DNA from: the human T2T-CHM13v2.0 reference genome, Homo sapiens
Assembly: GCF_009914755.1 (NCBI RefSeq)
Contig: NC_060942.1
Reading direction: 5' to 3' (one strand)
Length of the DNA stretch: 64,000 nucleotides
Every line of letters starts with the position of its first letter. The stretch's first letter is position 1. The notes below the pieces were generated by a model. It saw only the letters and a list, made by a program, of their open reading frames with translations. It did not search any database and was not told the origin of the DNA. The position numbers and the translations under genes are program-made. This document shows, piece by piece, positions 21,432-37,919 of the stretch.

Positions 21432-22110
21432 AACAAATATTTATTGAATGATTTTTCCAGACACTGGACTAAGTGTGTTACAGGCATTGCTATTTCAGTT
21501 GATCTTCATGGGAACCCTTTTAGGAAGATATTGTCACCAGCATTTTAAGGGAACAGGACAGAGGTTAGGCAGTTAGCTCCAGCCTTATAGCCAATGAGCA
21601 GCAAAGACAAGATTCGTTATCTGATTCTGAAGCTTGGTGAATGGCCTTCTCTCACAGTATGAGAACATACTTGTTAACTCTCAGCGTGTCTGCCACATGC
21701 TATAAAAAATTTAATAATTGAGAAATCAGTTTTAAACTTGGAACAATTTTGGAAACAGGAGGCAAGATAGCTGTTGTAGAATCTGGAGATGGAAGATTTG
21801 GGTTGTTTATACTCCTTTGGTGGTGAAGCTCTATTCATTTGGAATTTGCTCTGGACAATTTTCCCTGAGAAAGTCTCTTGCTTTAGGATGTCTTATGCTG
21901 TTGCCAACACAAAGAATTTTTCCTATGAAAATGAACTCTTGATTATCCTGATTTAACAAATAAAGAATTTCTTGTTGACTTGACAGCATTTCAATATATA
22001 TTTTTTTAAGTTGTTGATCTGTACATGTAGAAAGTAAAGTGCTTGTGGTGGTGGGGGAGGGGGTGAATATATTACTGAATAAATTATTTCAGGTAAAACT
22101 GGCACATTTT

Positions 22111-22428
<318 letters not shown>

Positions 22429-23629
22429 TTATAGTTGTCTTTTGCCAAGAAAACCCTCTCCAAGAGGCCTGGGGGTTTTCACACAATCCTAGTGTCTTTA
22501 GTACTTTCTCCCTTAGAACGTGTTGTCAAGGTGGTCCTTATTGTCTTACTGTCTTTCTGAGTAAATGCTGCAAAGCCCTCACAGAGAGTGCGGTGCGTGT
22601 GGCCACCTCTCCAACAATCATCTCTTCATTCTTTCTTCTCACAGAGAGCCATGATGGTGGGATTGGCCCCACCCAGTACCCAAGGATGGACCCTCACTGG
22701 TTTAGAACAATATGTGTTTATCATTGTAAAAAAAGAAAACTGCTAAGCCCTAAGCTTGCACATGGTAAAGTGCCACATGAGCCAAACAGAGCCTGAAATA
22801 TCTCACCTGAGATCTCTTTGAAAACCAGTCTCTTTGATGTGGCACTTTGTCACATCAGTTTTAAAAATGGATCACATCAAAAAGAGGAATTTTCAATGTT
22901 CTCCTCTACCCTTCCAAAAAATGATCGGTACTTAAAGCCTAGAATCCTTTCTAATGTAGAATAAATACCCTCTTGGTTCTGTAGATCCATTCTTTTTTCT
23001 TTTAGCCATGCTTGAATGAGGGACTCTCTTTTGCCTGGCAAGGAAATAAATTTAGCTTTGCTCCTTAACTTTTTTTTTTTTTTTTTTTTTTACATTCTCC
23101 TCCTGGATTCAGTGATTCATTTTATTATGGTGAAATACCAAAGTCAGCACAGTAAAGGTCATCGGTTATCACTTCCTGGACTTTGAGTAGGCTACCAGGG
23201 ACTTAAATGAGGAAGTTTGTAGCTCTAGAAATTACTGGAAATCATCTTAGGAACAAGAAGAAATCAAGTCATGGGTCAAAGTTTTATAAGAAGAACAGAA
23301 TTGAGGCATGAAAAGAAATTGGGTCCTTGCAGACCGATCTTTACCTGAAGTAAAATCTGCACTTTTTCAGTCAAATGGACCAATAATTCCTTTATTAGTT
23401 AGGTGAGTCTGAGTCTCATTTTTCTTAATTGATAATATGAACCTTCCTAACAGAAGCAGTATATGGGCTAGGAAGCATAATAATTACTGTTCTTACAAGG
23501 ATGAATAACACATAATCCATGCCCTCAAAATCTAGGAGTTCATAATTTAAGAACTTTCTTTTCCCCATCCAATGCTTCCTCCATAGCATGGGCAGGCAGG
23601 AGTTTTTCTTTTTTTATCATGCTATTAAA

Positions 23630-24372
23630 ATTTTTTAATGTATGTATTTAATTGAGATGTTCACATGCCATAATATTTACCCTTTCAAGGTGTATAATTT
23701 AGTGGTTTTAGTATATCGTAAGATTGTACAAACATATGCACTAATTTTAAAGCCTTTTTATCACCCCAAAAAGAAACCCCATAGCTATGAGCAGCCATTA
23801 CCCATTCTGTCTTCCCCACAACCCCTAGTAACCACTAATCTCCTTTCTTTCTAATGGATTTGCCCCTTCTGGACACTCCATATAAGTGGAATCATTAATA
23901 TGTGGGCTTTTGTGACTTTCTTCTTTTATTTAATGTAATATTTCAAGGTTCATCCATGTTACAGCATCTATCAGCATCTATCAGTACCTTCTTATGGCGG
24001 AATGATATTCCATTGCGTGGATATACAACACTTTGTTGACTGATTCAACAGTTGAGGGACACTTGAGTTCTTTCCTCTTTTTGGTTATGAATAATGCTGA
24101 TATGAACACTTATATACAAAGTTTTGTGTGGACATGTGTTTTTATTTTTCTTAGGTGTATGCTGTGAGTGGAATTGCTAGGTCATATGAAAACTCCATAT
24201 TTAACTCATTGAGGAACTGCTAAACTGTTTTCCAAAGTAGCTACACTATTTTGCATTCCCACCACCAATGTTTGAGGTATCCAGTTTCTCCACATCTTTG
24301 CCAATACTCGTTATTACCCGTCGTGTTCGTGAGGCCATCCTGTGGGTATGAAATGCTATCTCGCTGTGGTTA
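23630..24372 (-). mobile_element. L1MB-type 3' end fragment
   Basis: TTCAAGGTTCATCCATGTT, GAGGAACTGCTAAACTGTTTTCCAAAGT, CATTCCCACCACCAATG. Confidence 0.85.
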
Positions 24373-25746
24373 ATGGGCAGGGTTTTGAGAAGATCTAGCC
24401 TGAACTCAGCCAATCCTCAGATAATGTGCTGGAATCACAGCTCCAGGAAAGTGGTCATGGCATTCTTCCTGTTCCGTTTCCCCCATCTGGCCTGTTTTTG
24501 TTCCTCAACCTACCCACTCTTGCTTAGTGAAAAATCAAAAAGTATAGGGATGGAAAGGAGATTCCTGGTAGAGTAGGTCTGCGTGGATTCTTTGGAGACT
24601 TTCTTTTTGTGAAGCTCTGTGACAATTCTGATGAGAAGCCAAGTTCTGGAACTATTGCTCTGGACTTAAGCTCCCTTTGGGCAAGCAGTGTTTTCTGCTC
24701 ATTACTCATATCTAGAACAATTTCCAGTCCAGTGGATGCTAAATGTGTACTTATTAAATGAATGAATGAAACATTAGGATACTGAGGATTATGATAGAAA
24801 GATCTAAAACTCCGGAGAAGTCCTTCTATTTTGTTCACTAACAAACTGGTTATAAAATGAGCAGAAAGCATTTGTTCAGAGTTGCAAAGAACTTGAAAAC
24901 ACTCCGTAAAATCACAAAAACCTCCCTCTTAAATATTTATGCCTCATGATATGCATGAGAAATACTGGCCTTTTATTTTTAAAATCAGGGCTCTGAGGGT
25001 TGGCACTTGGACATCTTCAGCGATCAGGCATTTGAGGAGGAAGCTAAAGAATTGGAACCCAGTTGGCATTTGAGGTCACTCTGCCTTCCAGATGTTGATA
25101 AAATAAGCTGTGATTCCCTATCCCAATTTATTAAAAGGCCAAGTTTTCTGCCAAATCCTGGATGTTTACATTATCAAGACCACTCTGCCTCACAGGTCCT
25201 GCTCACCTGATTGCGGATCATTTTACATTTATGACTCATTTTTCGATGCCTTGGCTGTTCTCTTTTTCTACCACCCCACCTATAGAACTTAGCCCCTGCC
25301 TCTATTCTTTGCTTTATTTTTTAACTCCATCATCCTGCATTTGGTAGTTCATTTCCTTGAGGGTACATGACCCAAGGCAGGCAAGTTTCTTTGCAGCCGA
25401 CCACTGAAGGTTTGGGGATGCAGTGGGGAGGCTTATGCCACAGCAAACCATGGGGATTAAAGCTGAATAGTAGACATTCTTTCCAAAGGCTTTCAGCCTT
25501 CCTGCTGTTTGGAATTTCTCACAGGAAGCTCCCTCCAGCCTCCTGCATGTTGGCTAGACTTTCCTCTCTCTTCCTTTCTCGGTCATTCCTTCTACTTATC
25601 CACATGCCTCTTTCTTTCTTGTGCAGAAAAAGTTGGCAACCCATTTGTTTCTCCTTCTTTGTTTTAACCCAGCTATCTGGGCCCACCTTTCACATCCTAA
25701 ACTTGTTTATATTCAGCAAAGATAGTACTCTGTGACTAGTGATTTA

Positions 25747-25756
25747 TCTCTGTCTC

Positions 25757-25789
<33 letters not shown>

Positions 25790-25830
25790 TGTACACACAC
25801 ATACACATGCATGTATACACACACGCACAC
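25747..25830. repeat. (TC)n(CA)n compound microsatellite
   Basis: Seen directly. Confidence 0.9.
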
Positions 25831-26201
25831 AGAGTTTTCTTCATTGTGCAGCTAACTGGTAAGTGCTTAGAATCCAGATTCCTCAACTTACATGTAATAT
25901 TCTGCTTTCAAAGTTCACACAAAGATGTAAGTACATTCCAGCTGCCATGGTCAAGCCAATTTGTAATTGGTTGCCCGTAAAATGCAAGTAGCTGGACTTG
26001 AGATAATCACAGTCTCCACTCACGTGCCGCCTCCTTGTCTTGTCCCTCTCTTCTCTGGCTCTTACCCACCGATGCCTAACAATCAGTGAGCCAACCAATG
26101 TTCATCGCATACCTACTATGACCAAGCCCTGTGTTAAGCACTGAATAAGATAAAACACTAAACAAGAAAATTATGACTTCTGTTTTCAGGAAGTTTATAG
26201 T

Positions 26202-27264
26202 TGAGGACTAAACTCTGATTTTTTTTATTTTGCTCAGATTTCTATTTAAGGGGTCTGGAGACTCATGCCCTCCAAACCATAAATTCTCATCAGATGGGTT
26301 TTATTTAACCCTATATATCATGACTTTACTTTCCAATCTGACTCTGGCATAACATTATGTGACAAAGAAGAAAATAAAATTATTTTAGCCCAAAACATGT
26401 TGCTTTGCCATATTTTGAAGTGGTCCTGCAAAGCCATCCTTTGTGAGGGAAAATGTGCACCTGTAAAGAATCTCTATTAACATAGCTAGATCTTTTTCTT
26501 CCAGGCCCTCCCAATCCTGAAGAGATTAACTGAGAGTCTAACACCTTTTAAAGGTCTGATTAGGAAACATTTGTCATCTATTCTCTAAGGGCAGCCAGTA
26601 TGAGACTTCAAAAGAAACTTGATCTCCACAATCTTTTATTTATTTATTTTTTTTGAGACAGAGTCTCACTCTATTGCCCAAGCTGGAGTGCAATGGTGTG
26701 ATCTCAGCCTCCTGGGTTCAAGGGATTCTCCTGCCTCAGCCTCCTGAGTAGCTGGGATTACAGGCGCCTGCCACCATGCCCGGCTAGTTTTTGTATTTTT
26801 AGTAGAGACAGGGTTTCACCATATTTTCCAGGCTGGTCTCGAACTCCTGACCTTGTGATCTGCCCACCTCAGCCTCCCCAAGTGCTGGGATTACAGGTGT
26901 GAGCCAACGTGCCCAGCCTGTCTCCCCCTCTTAGCCTGAACTTTTCCTTTCTATTAATCCCAGGTCTTTAGACACTCAACCAATCGTCAACCAGAAAATA
27001 TTTATTGAATTTACCTACAGCCTGGAAGCCCCCACTTCCCTCAAATTGTTCTGCCTTTCTGGACCAAACCAGTGTATTTTTCAAATGTATTTGTTTGATG
27101 GCTCCTGCCTCCCTAAAATGTATGAAACCAAGCTGCACCGCAACCACCTTCGGCACATGTTCTCAGGACCTCGTGAGGGCTGTGTCACGGGCCATGGCCA
27201 CTTACATTTGCCTCAGAATAAATCTCTTCAGGCATTTTACAGAGTTTGACTCTTTTCATCGACA
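26202..27264 (+). mobile_element. MER4E/MER4D-family ERV1 solo LTR, with an Alu inside
   Basis: TGAGGACTAAACTCTGATT start; GAGTTTGACTCTTTTCATCGACA end; TSD TAGT/TAGG. Confidence 0.85.
26634..26918 (-). mobile_element. AluS (Sg-like) with short deletion
   Basis: Alu body inside the MER4 LTR. Confidence 0.92.
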
Positions 27265-28509
27265 TAGGTAATAATGTGTAATAGATTGCGAGTATCACCT
27301 TTGTGTAAAACTAGAATAGAAATCTGTACAGCATTCTGTGCACAGTAGCCTTTAATACAATAAAAACTTCCTCCAGAAATCTTCCTATAAAATAGAGATT
27401 TGGTCCCCTAGTAGCCCCTGGGTAAATAGTGATGTGTAGTGTGTTTTTCCCATTATGACACTAAAAGCCTTTAAATTGGGTGTTTTTTATTCTATCACAG
27501 CTAAAAAGTTAGACTTTTATAAATCCTGCTAAGCCCCTAAACAAGGGTGTATGTATTATTACAGTGGAACACTGCGGAGTTATTAGGTCAATAAAAACCT
27601 TAAAATTCTTTTAAAATTTTCATAGAATCAGAAATGAAAAATATTAGCAGCATTCTTTGGATTACAGGAACCAGAAAGTGTAATTAGTGGAAATACAATA
27701 TGTAAAATGACTAATACTGCTCAAGGAGAATATAAAATAAAAGCTCCAGAAAGCATATGTGACCCAATTCACATTTACTGTTTACAAAAAAGTTTTTATT
27801 GCAATAGCTAAGGTGTGTTAGCTTATCTGTGGTACCTCATACATAGTGATTATCACAGGGTAGACATTAAAAACACAACAAACAAAACACAACTTACCTT
27901 CACAGCTTCATTTTATGATAGCTATGCCTTTCCTAAAAGATAGTTGAAGTCATTTTATGATAATTCAATTGTGACAATTAAAAAAAGACTTGAGGAAATG
28001 CTAAGGAAATTTTTGTACATGCTATAGACTCCTTCATCCATTCACTGTCTTACTATAGTTAGGATACAAAGGGGTATGGAAGAATTACCCTCATCTTACA
28101 GAAGCTAATAGCTTCATTAGACACACAACACATTATTTCATAACAAGTTAAACCAAAGGCAGTAATTACGCCAGTAAGTGATGCTTTGGTTAGGCAAAGA
28201 TGGGTTACATCACTGGGCTGTAATGAACTGGATGGCCTTGTGGAGGAAGTAGTAGGATTTGAATCAGGTCCAGGAAAATGAATGAGTTTGAGACAGGCAT
28301 AGAGGGATGAAGAGTCAGCTGAGGTGAAGGCACAACATGAACAAAATTAGGAAGTAAAGGCACCATAATGAACATTGGGTTAATTTCCTTTCCTGTGGCA
28401 GAAGATTTGGGTTGGAATTATACAAAAATAAAGGATTGTAAATCGGATAGGAATGTATGGTGGAGAAATCTGACAACCGGGGAAGGAGATTGGGTTTTAT
28501 CTTGTAGAT

Positions 28510-29075
28510 CGAGCATTCTCACCCTCGTAGTATATATGAGGATCCTGAAGGGAGCCCGATAGGAATGCAGACTTCTGGGCTTCTCAGTGACTACATCAGA
28601 AACTCCATGAGGTTTGAAGCCCTAGAACCTGCCATATTTTAAAGTTCTTGAGATGGTCCAGCCTGTGGACCAAAGTGTGGGAGCCACTATTGCAGATGAT
28701 AAAGAAATGCAGGATGTTTTTGAGGCAGAAGTTTTAATGTGAATTCCAGGAAGCTTCGTTTTGCAGAAGGGAGCGTCTAAGATGACTTACTGGAGAAAAA
28801 TATACCTGAGTTCAGGAGGCTAGCTGAGAAGCTGTTTCCCAGGCCCATTCATTAATATTTCCCAACAATTATTTATTAAGTACCTTCTATATGTGAGACA
28901 TTGCTTTATAATATAGTCTCGAGGCTTCCATCCTTGGTGCCCATCAGAATTATCTGAGGTTTCTTAAGAGCCCAGTACCCCAGGCTGCACTCAAGGCCAA
29001 TTCTCTAGGGGTGGACCCAGACATCATGATTTGTAAAAGCTGCCAAGTGATTCCAGTGCAGAGAGACCCTCTGCT
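28510..29075. mobile_element. Two MER5-family (hAT) fragments within L2 remnants
   Basis: CATCAGAATTATCTGAGG...CCCAGGCTGCACTC...AAAAGCTGCCAAGTGATTCCA. Confidence 0.6.
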
Positions 29076-29494
29076 GAGAGGAAACAGATGAATAAGAATT
29101 AGCGCTTCTTCCCTTCAAAACTTGCAGTCTTGTAGGGAAAATTAAACATGTGCAGCAAAGTGAACATATTTATCTGCAACAAAATGTAATCATTAGAGGA
29201 AGATTGAGATTCTGAGTACCACTTGGAAATTTGATAGACTTCATCTCTGGGTCAAAGTACTTGTCTGGATCTAGGGGGAAAAAGGAATCAAAATAGAAGT
29301 GGGAAGAATTGTTGCCCTAACAGCCCACACTGGGGTCCAAAAAATATTCTCTGAGTGCTCTGCAGGATCTTACACCCTCAGACTCCTTACTGCTCTCCCT
29401 TCTGTGTTCCATCTTAGCAAATCCAAACCTCCACTTACTTCTACCTACACATTTACAGCTGGCCATGGCTGGAGAAAAACCTGCAACCAGTTGA

Positions 29495-29845
<351 letters not shown>

Positions 29846-30720
29846 TCCTTTTAAAACTTAGGTCCTGTTACTCCTGTCCTTGAAACCCTACAATGACTAC
29901 CTAGTTAACTTGGAGCAGCAGTTCTTCCAGGGTGCACATGGCCATACTGTTCTCCACTGTCCCTATGTCCCCGGCCTCCACCACACCCAGGGGCTCCCTT
30001 GCAGGGCTTGGCATCAGCTCTTCCCTTTCCCTGGAGCATATCCACTTGGCCAGCTCTCTCACTTCCTGCCACTCCTGCTTAAATATCTCAGAGAGGTCCA
30101 CCCTGACCACTGACTTAAAATTGCAACTCCTCCTACCCCCAAAGGCATTTCCATCCTCTTACCCTGGTTTACTACTCTTCATAGCACTTACGTCTTTTAA
30201 CATACTACGTATTTTCTTTATTCTTATATTTATTACCTGACTCTTTACTAAATGAAAGCTCTTCAGGTAGGAATTTTCTTCTGGTTGTGATCACAAATGT
30301 ATCCCCAGGGCCAGAGTAGCAAGTGGTACAGGGTTAGCCCCTGGATGAATGGATCAAAGGGGAAGTGCTTCTTCTGGCCACTTTGATGCAGCCGCCTGGG
30401 GACAGAGCAAGGAACCCTGAGCCAAGAAGAGTCCTGCTTTAGGTGGGGAGGGGGTGCCTTGCCTGAGGGAGCTGCTGACAGTAGGCTCCATTGTAAGTAC
30501 AAGTGGTTCCTTTTTTGAGAACACCTAGAAACACCTGGAGGTACCTCCAGGGCTGGAGGATAGGAGTAGGTTATACCAGACTGAAAGTAAGAAGTACTCT
30601 AAGAGATAAATTGCTACAGGAGTTCAGATGATCAAAGAGAGAGTGAGTCATCACTTCTGAATGACGTCTGGATGTGGAGGCAGGTGAACAAGGTAGCCCA
30701 GAAGTAGGGGAGATGGAGGA

Positions 30721-31432
<712 letters not shown>

Positions 31433-31489
31433 AGGAAGAGAGGAGGCTGCAGGAGAGTCATGTAAATTTCAGGAACTAGCGCAATAATA

Positions 31490-31735
31490 GAATGATACTT
31501 GGGTGCTGGGCTCAGGACTTGAAACGCAGGTTTTTGGCTCAAATTCTAGTTTTATTTTTATCAGCTGTGTGATCACAGGTGACTTTTTAAGCTTCTTGCT
31601 CCTTGGTTTCCTCATCTGTGAAATAAGAATAGTAACAGTGCCTTCCTTATAGGGGCTTTTTGAGGATTAATGAGCTAATATATAGCAAATTTAGAACAAT
31701 GCCAAACACATTGTAAACACTCAAAAAAAAATTGC
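31490..31735 (+). mobile_element. MIR
   Basis: GGTTTCCTCATCTGTGAAATAAGAAT...TGAGGATTAATGAG. Confidence 0.8.
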
Positions 31736-33511
31736 TTAAAAAAGACACTCAATTTATGTTGCGCAAAAGCACTGATGGAGACAAACTATCCTGCTTCAGA
31801 CAGAACGTTCCAGGATCAATTTGGTCCCAGTCAATTTACAAGGGAGTTTGTCTCATTTTTCCCCCTCATTTTCCTTCCCTCTTCTCCCCTTGTCTTCTTA
31901 TGGAGCCAGTTAAAATACATATCAGGCAAAATGCAGACTCAGATGAGCAAAGGAGGAGGCTGTGCAAAGGAGAAGGCTGGGTTGTGAGCTCTGGGTCTAT
32001 TTTGGAGTTCTCTGCAATAATTGCCTCTTTCTGACTTCCAGAGTCATTATATAGAAGCAGCCACCCCTTCAAATTTGTTTAAAACTTAGAGAAGTTTTGG
32101 TAACAGTAGGAGTTGAAATAAAGAACCTTATTATGAAAGAACAGACAGCCAGGCTTTGACGAGAGGCTGAAAGAGGATGAAGCAAGGAGGAGCTGAGAGC
32201 CAAGAGCGATTCTGAGGTTTTGAGCCTTTGTGACTAAGAGCATGATATATGTGGCCACTGACGCAGATTAGGAAGTCCAAGGGACAAACGATTCCCTGAG
32301 GATAATGACAAGCTTGTTTCCAGATGTGTTAACTATGAAATTCAGGTGGGTAATACAAATGGCCCGGGGTCATTGTGCAATAAGAAACTAGATGTGAATG
32401 GAGAGAACAGAGGAGACAGCAGTCTCTTAACAGTTCCTCCTCCTCTCTAGTTTATTCCCTATGCTGCATCCAGCCTCATCTTTGTAAATCACCAATCTGG
32501 TCAGGTGACACCTGTGTTTATCTAGAAAATGTACTACTCTATCTGGCTTTGTTTCTTTGGTGGATTACTCACAGTTCCCTGCAAGTCACAGTATGGATGA
32601 GCCTGAGTTTGCTTTCCTTTTTCCCCCTAATCCAGATAGGCTGCAGGTTTATCAGAGAAGATGAATTTAATTCATTCTCAACATGATGAGTGTAGATGGA
32701 TGTCACAAAAACAGGTTAACAAACTCCTTGTTAGGGTAATTGTGAGGATTAAATGAATTGAAGTGACATGATAACATAATGGGATTCTACAAATTATATC
32801 TTTTATTATTTATAGCTTCCCTAGAATAAGACAGTTGCTCAGCAGAACAAACACAGCCTGGTTTTTGTCTCCTGGTAGATTCAAACCCAGTGCTGTTTGG
32901 GTCACACAGAAAAGCAGAATCTCAGAGTGTCTAATCATGTCCAGAGGAACTTTTGTATATGTACTCATCCACCTCGAAGCTTTAGTACCCTAAGTTCTAT
33001 CTGATACTGAGGCTTCTCTCTTCCTTCCTTCTTCCTGATTCACTGGAGATAAACAATCAAGACGGCCTTTTCAAAATGTCCTATTTTGCCCAGAGATAGT
33101 GCAGGTCCATAGTGGGCCTATGAAGCTTAGACATCAACTTAGTTCATCATCTAGGATGTTGTGTCTGAAATGCCTAGTAGAGGTGTCCTTTTTTGTTTGT
33201 TTGTTTTTGTCTTTTCTGATAGCGAGAGTAGCTTGTGCTCTGATTTTGTCTTCATGATCCTGGAATCCTTGCTATCCCTGATTTTGAACAATTCTATTGT
33301 AAATATCACTGGTTTGAACATCAGTTGTCTGATTGGTATCTAAGTGAGATCACTTGAGGTTTTTCTGATGATGGAGGGAATCATGGAATTTAAGGATAGA
33401 AGGGATATTAAAATTTTTTCAGAGTAACATCACACACACACACATAAACACACAATTACTGGAGTGACAGCTTTGTGACAAGGTTAATCTCTGGTTAAAC
33501 ATTTCTGTTCT

Positions 33512-33848
<337 letters not shown>

Positions 33849-34217
33849 CTATGTGCAATACCAAAACCTCAGGAGTAAACAAAATATCTAGTAGAGAAAT
33901 AAGTCACCATTATACAAGAAGTAGAAATTATATCTGTGGATATTTGTGAAAATATTTGTTATGATTTCAAATGAAAAAAAGCAGAATATAAACTTGCATT
34001 TATATGACTCTTGAAACTAACCATGGACAAGAAGATGGGAAAACATGGAAAATAAAAACATTGTTATGCTTGGGCTATGAGGGTAATTTTTATTCTCCTT
34101 TAAACATTTATAAATAATCTATAATTGTACATATTCAGGGTTCGTATATCAAACTAATAAAAATAATAAGTTGGTTTTATATTTTCTTTTTTTTCTGCTT
34201 GAAAACAGAAAAAGTAA

Positions 34218-34620
<403 letters not shown>

Positions 34621-34976
34621 TCTGGTATTTCTTAAGTAGCAAATGTACATCCTATTTAGGTGCTGAATTAAGTAAAGTGCAAGTAAAAAAAAAATTAGTT
34701 TTAGTCTAAATTGGTTGTAAACCTAGGCATCTAGGGAAAGTTGTACCAGAGAGTACAACTCTGTACCCTTCAGAATAATTCAACGTAATTTTATTAACAC
34801 CCTCTTGGCACTTGGTTAATTGGATAAATGAAAAGAACTTGTAATCTCCACTGTAAAGTAAAGTTGTAACCAATGATTTGGCTTTTCCATTTGGTTAAAC
34901 TTTGCTCTCATCTTAGTGCAAATTGTCACTCTGCTGCGTATTCCTGTTTCCTCTTTGCTGACATTTTCCTTGCTAA

Positions 34977-35620
34977 TGATACAAGAGTTAAAAAGAAATC
35001 ACTTAGGCAGATAACGAAGGTATGGGAGTCTTCAGTAAGGCTTTGTTTTCTTTTTCATGAAAAGCAGCCCAGATCATTTTTTAATAAAGAGCAGCCTATG
35101 AAGTCGAGCTCAGGGTATAGACCCCAGACAACGTAGCCACTTCACTAGGGAGGTGACCAGTTCATGGGACTGCTGACTTTACCATTTGGCCCAGAGGGAC
35201 AGGCAAGTGAATGCCTGCAGGAACTAGGGAGTAGACATGTTCAAGATGGCGGCGCCATCCTCCCTTCCCTTTGTCAGTCACATGTGCAGTAAAGACCAGA
35301 TAAGATGGCACCCATCAACTGGAAAGCCCATTTGCATAGTAAAATTATCGTGGCGCGACCAGCCTTCCCCACACACTATCTAAACGTCATACCTGATCAA
35401 ACCAATCTGTGAACCCTATGTAAATCAGACACGGCTTCCTCAAACCTGACTGGTCCTTTCCACTGGGAGACCCCCTTGTCTATGGAGAGATCTGTTTTTC
35501 TTTCTCTTCTGCCTATTAAACATTTGCTCCTAAACTCCTTGTGTGTGTCCATGTCCTACATTTTCCTGTCGTGCAATGACGAACCTCGGGGTATAGACCC
35601 CAGACAACGTAGCCGCTTCA
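34977..35620 (+). mobile_element. LTR9B-like (LTR9/MER61, HUERS-P3 group) ERV1 solo LTR
   Basis: TGATACAAGAGTTAAAAAGAAATCACTTAGGCAGATA start; CCCCAGACAACGTAGCCGCTTCA end; TSD CTAA/CTAG. Confidence 0.82.
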
Positions 35621-37074
35621 CTAGGGAGGTGACCAGTTCATGGGACTGGTGACTTTACCATTGGGCCCAGAGGGACAGTAACTGAAAGGGCTCTTTTATT
35701 CAGTGTCAGCTGGTGGATACATCTGCCTACAAAAAATGTGAAGTCAAACTGAATCTCTTTGAGGTGACTAGAGCAGAGCTGGGAACAGAGAAGTAGAGCA
35801 TGAAACGTTTTGAAATAATTTGAAATTTTGCCACTATGTTTTTTAATAAAACTATTTTAATAAAGACTGTTTTTAAGTAAAAAATCCAACAATCAAATAG
35901 GCTTAAAAATATCAATTCATTCTCTAAAGGCAAATGAATTCGATACTTAAGGAAATGCAAAGGAAACGGCACTTCAGACTACACAGATATCCAAGCATAT
36001 AGGTGGCTGCATGTTACGTTATAGCTTAATGGCCTGGTTTAAACAGTCCTGGATAATGATTAACCAAGAAAATGGACTTTGGGCCTGAACCTAACTCTCC
36101 TAAGGTTGTGGGCATTTGTACCGATGTAACAGTGTTGCTAGATCAACGGGAAAAACATTTCCAACGAGACAGAAAAACACACTTACTGCTGTCTCCACCC
36201 TCTCACTCCAGGGTCCATCTGTGTGTTTGGAGAATGGAAACACTTAGATTGGTTGCTACGGTCTTGAACATGTCATTTAGATTTCCTTGATAAAAGAAAA
36301 CTCATTCCTCTTTTATTTTCTCTTCCCAAAGTGCATGATCCATGTGCTTGCTCTTCCTCCCTCCCCACCACACCTACTCCTTTTGATTTGTTCATTTATT
36401 TTTATTTATTAATTTTTTTAACTTCCATACTTGGTATCTGGGACAGCTCATGCAACTACACTGCAACATAGCTGCACGGTGTGGCTGACACATCTTCCCA
36501 GTGAAGCCCCTTCTACGGCTTCAGTCCTGATCTTTTAAGTGTTTGGTAAATGAGGCAGCCTGGCATAAGGTCCTAATGTCGAAAGAGTTCAAAAGGAAAG
36601 TTATTCGTGCAAACATCCTCCCTCTCGCAGAGGATTCTCCATAGCCCGCCAGAGCCCTGGCATGTAGGGATGATGAATGTGATGTCAACAGGCCTCAGGG
36701 CCGGAAGAACCCCTGTGCCACTTTGTGGACTGTGTATCGCCTTTTGCTTGTCTCCTGCCAGATTCCTTCCCTGGTCCTCTGAGACTCCAGAGAGTGTGTG
36801 GGAAGCAATTTTTGTACACAGACCCAGATTAATGTGTCTGTCTGATAAAAGCATGAGGCTTAAGGTGACTCTAGCATTTTCCTTCCCCAAAGTTAGCAGT
36901 TTTGTTAGTGGAAATACATCTATACCTATCAATTAAGTTATAGCCTGGAAGATACGTGATGAAATGCTTCTGAGTGAGAATAGCCTCAAATTTGACTGGA
37001 GAAAACCAGAGATCCCATTCATGATTAGGAAGCACCAAGCCAGGTCAGCTTGGAGGTGAATTGATTTCACCACG

Positions 37075-37429
37075 TCTATTAGTTTACTAGGCTGCTGTAA
37101 CAAAGTACCATGAACTGGAAGGCTTACAACAACAAAAACTTTTTTTCACATTGCTGGAAGCTGGGAAGTCCAAGATCAAGGCAGATCTGGCGCCTGGTGA
37201 GGGCCTGCTTCCTGTTTCATAGACGGTGCCTTCTGATTATAACCTCATGTGGTGCTAGCAAGGAGCTCTCCGTGGGCTCTGTTATAATAAGGGCACTAAG
37301 CCCATTCACAAAGGCTTCACCCCCATGACCTAATTACCTCCCAAAGGCCCACCTCGTAATACCATCACCTTGAGGGGTTAGGATTTCAGTATGGGAAGAA
37401 CTAAACATTCAGACATTCAGGCCACAGCA
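37075..37429 (-). mobile_element. MLT1A0-like MaLR LTR
   Basis: GGCTGCTGTAACAAAGTACCA...GGAAGTCCAAGATCAAGG...CCTAATTACCTCCCAAAGGCCC. Confidence 0.85.
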
Positions 37430-37681
37430 ATAAGATGTCTATAGCAATCCACGCCTTCATTCTCCAACCCCCACTGCTCCCTGAGTGCATGTACGTCTGG
37501 GCATCAGTGCTCTTTGGAAGTGTTTAGCTGAATGTAAAGGTTAATGGCACCTTATCCAGGGAACAGCTGTTGTAGTCCCTGTCAGCCCGATTCTGGAGAG
37601 AACAGATAACAGATAGTGTTTAAGAAGTAGGATGGTCTCTAAGTTAAATGACTGTCCCTGTCCCACAGCATCCGTGTGTGA

Positions 37682-37919
<238 letters not shown>

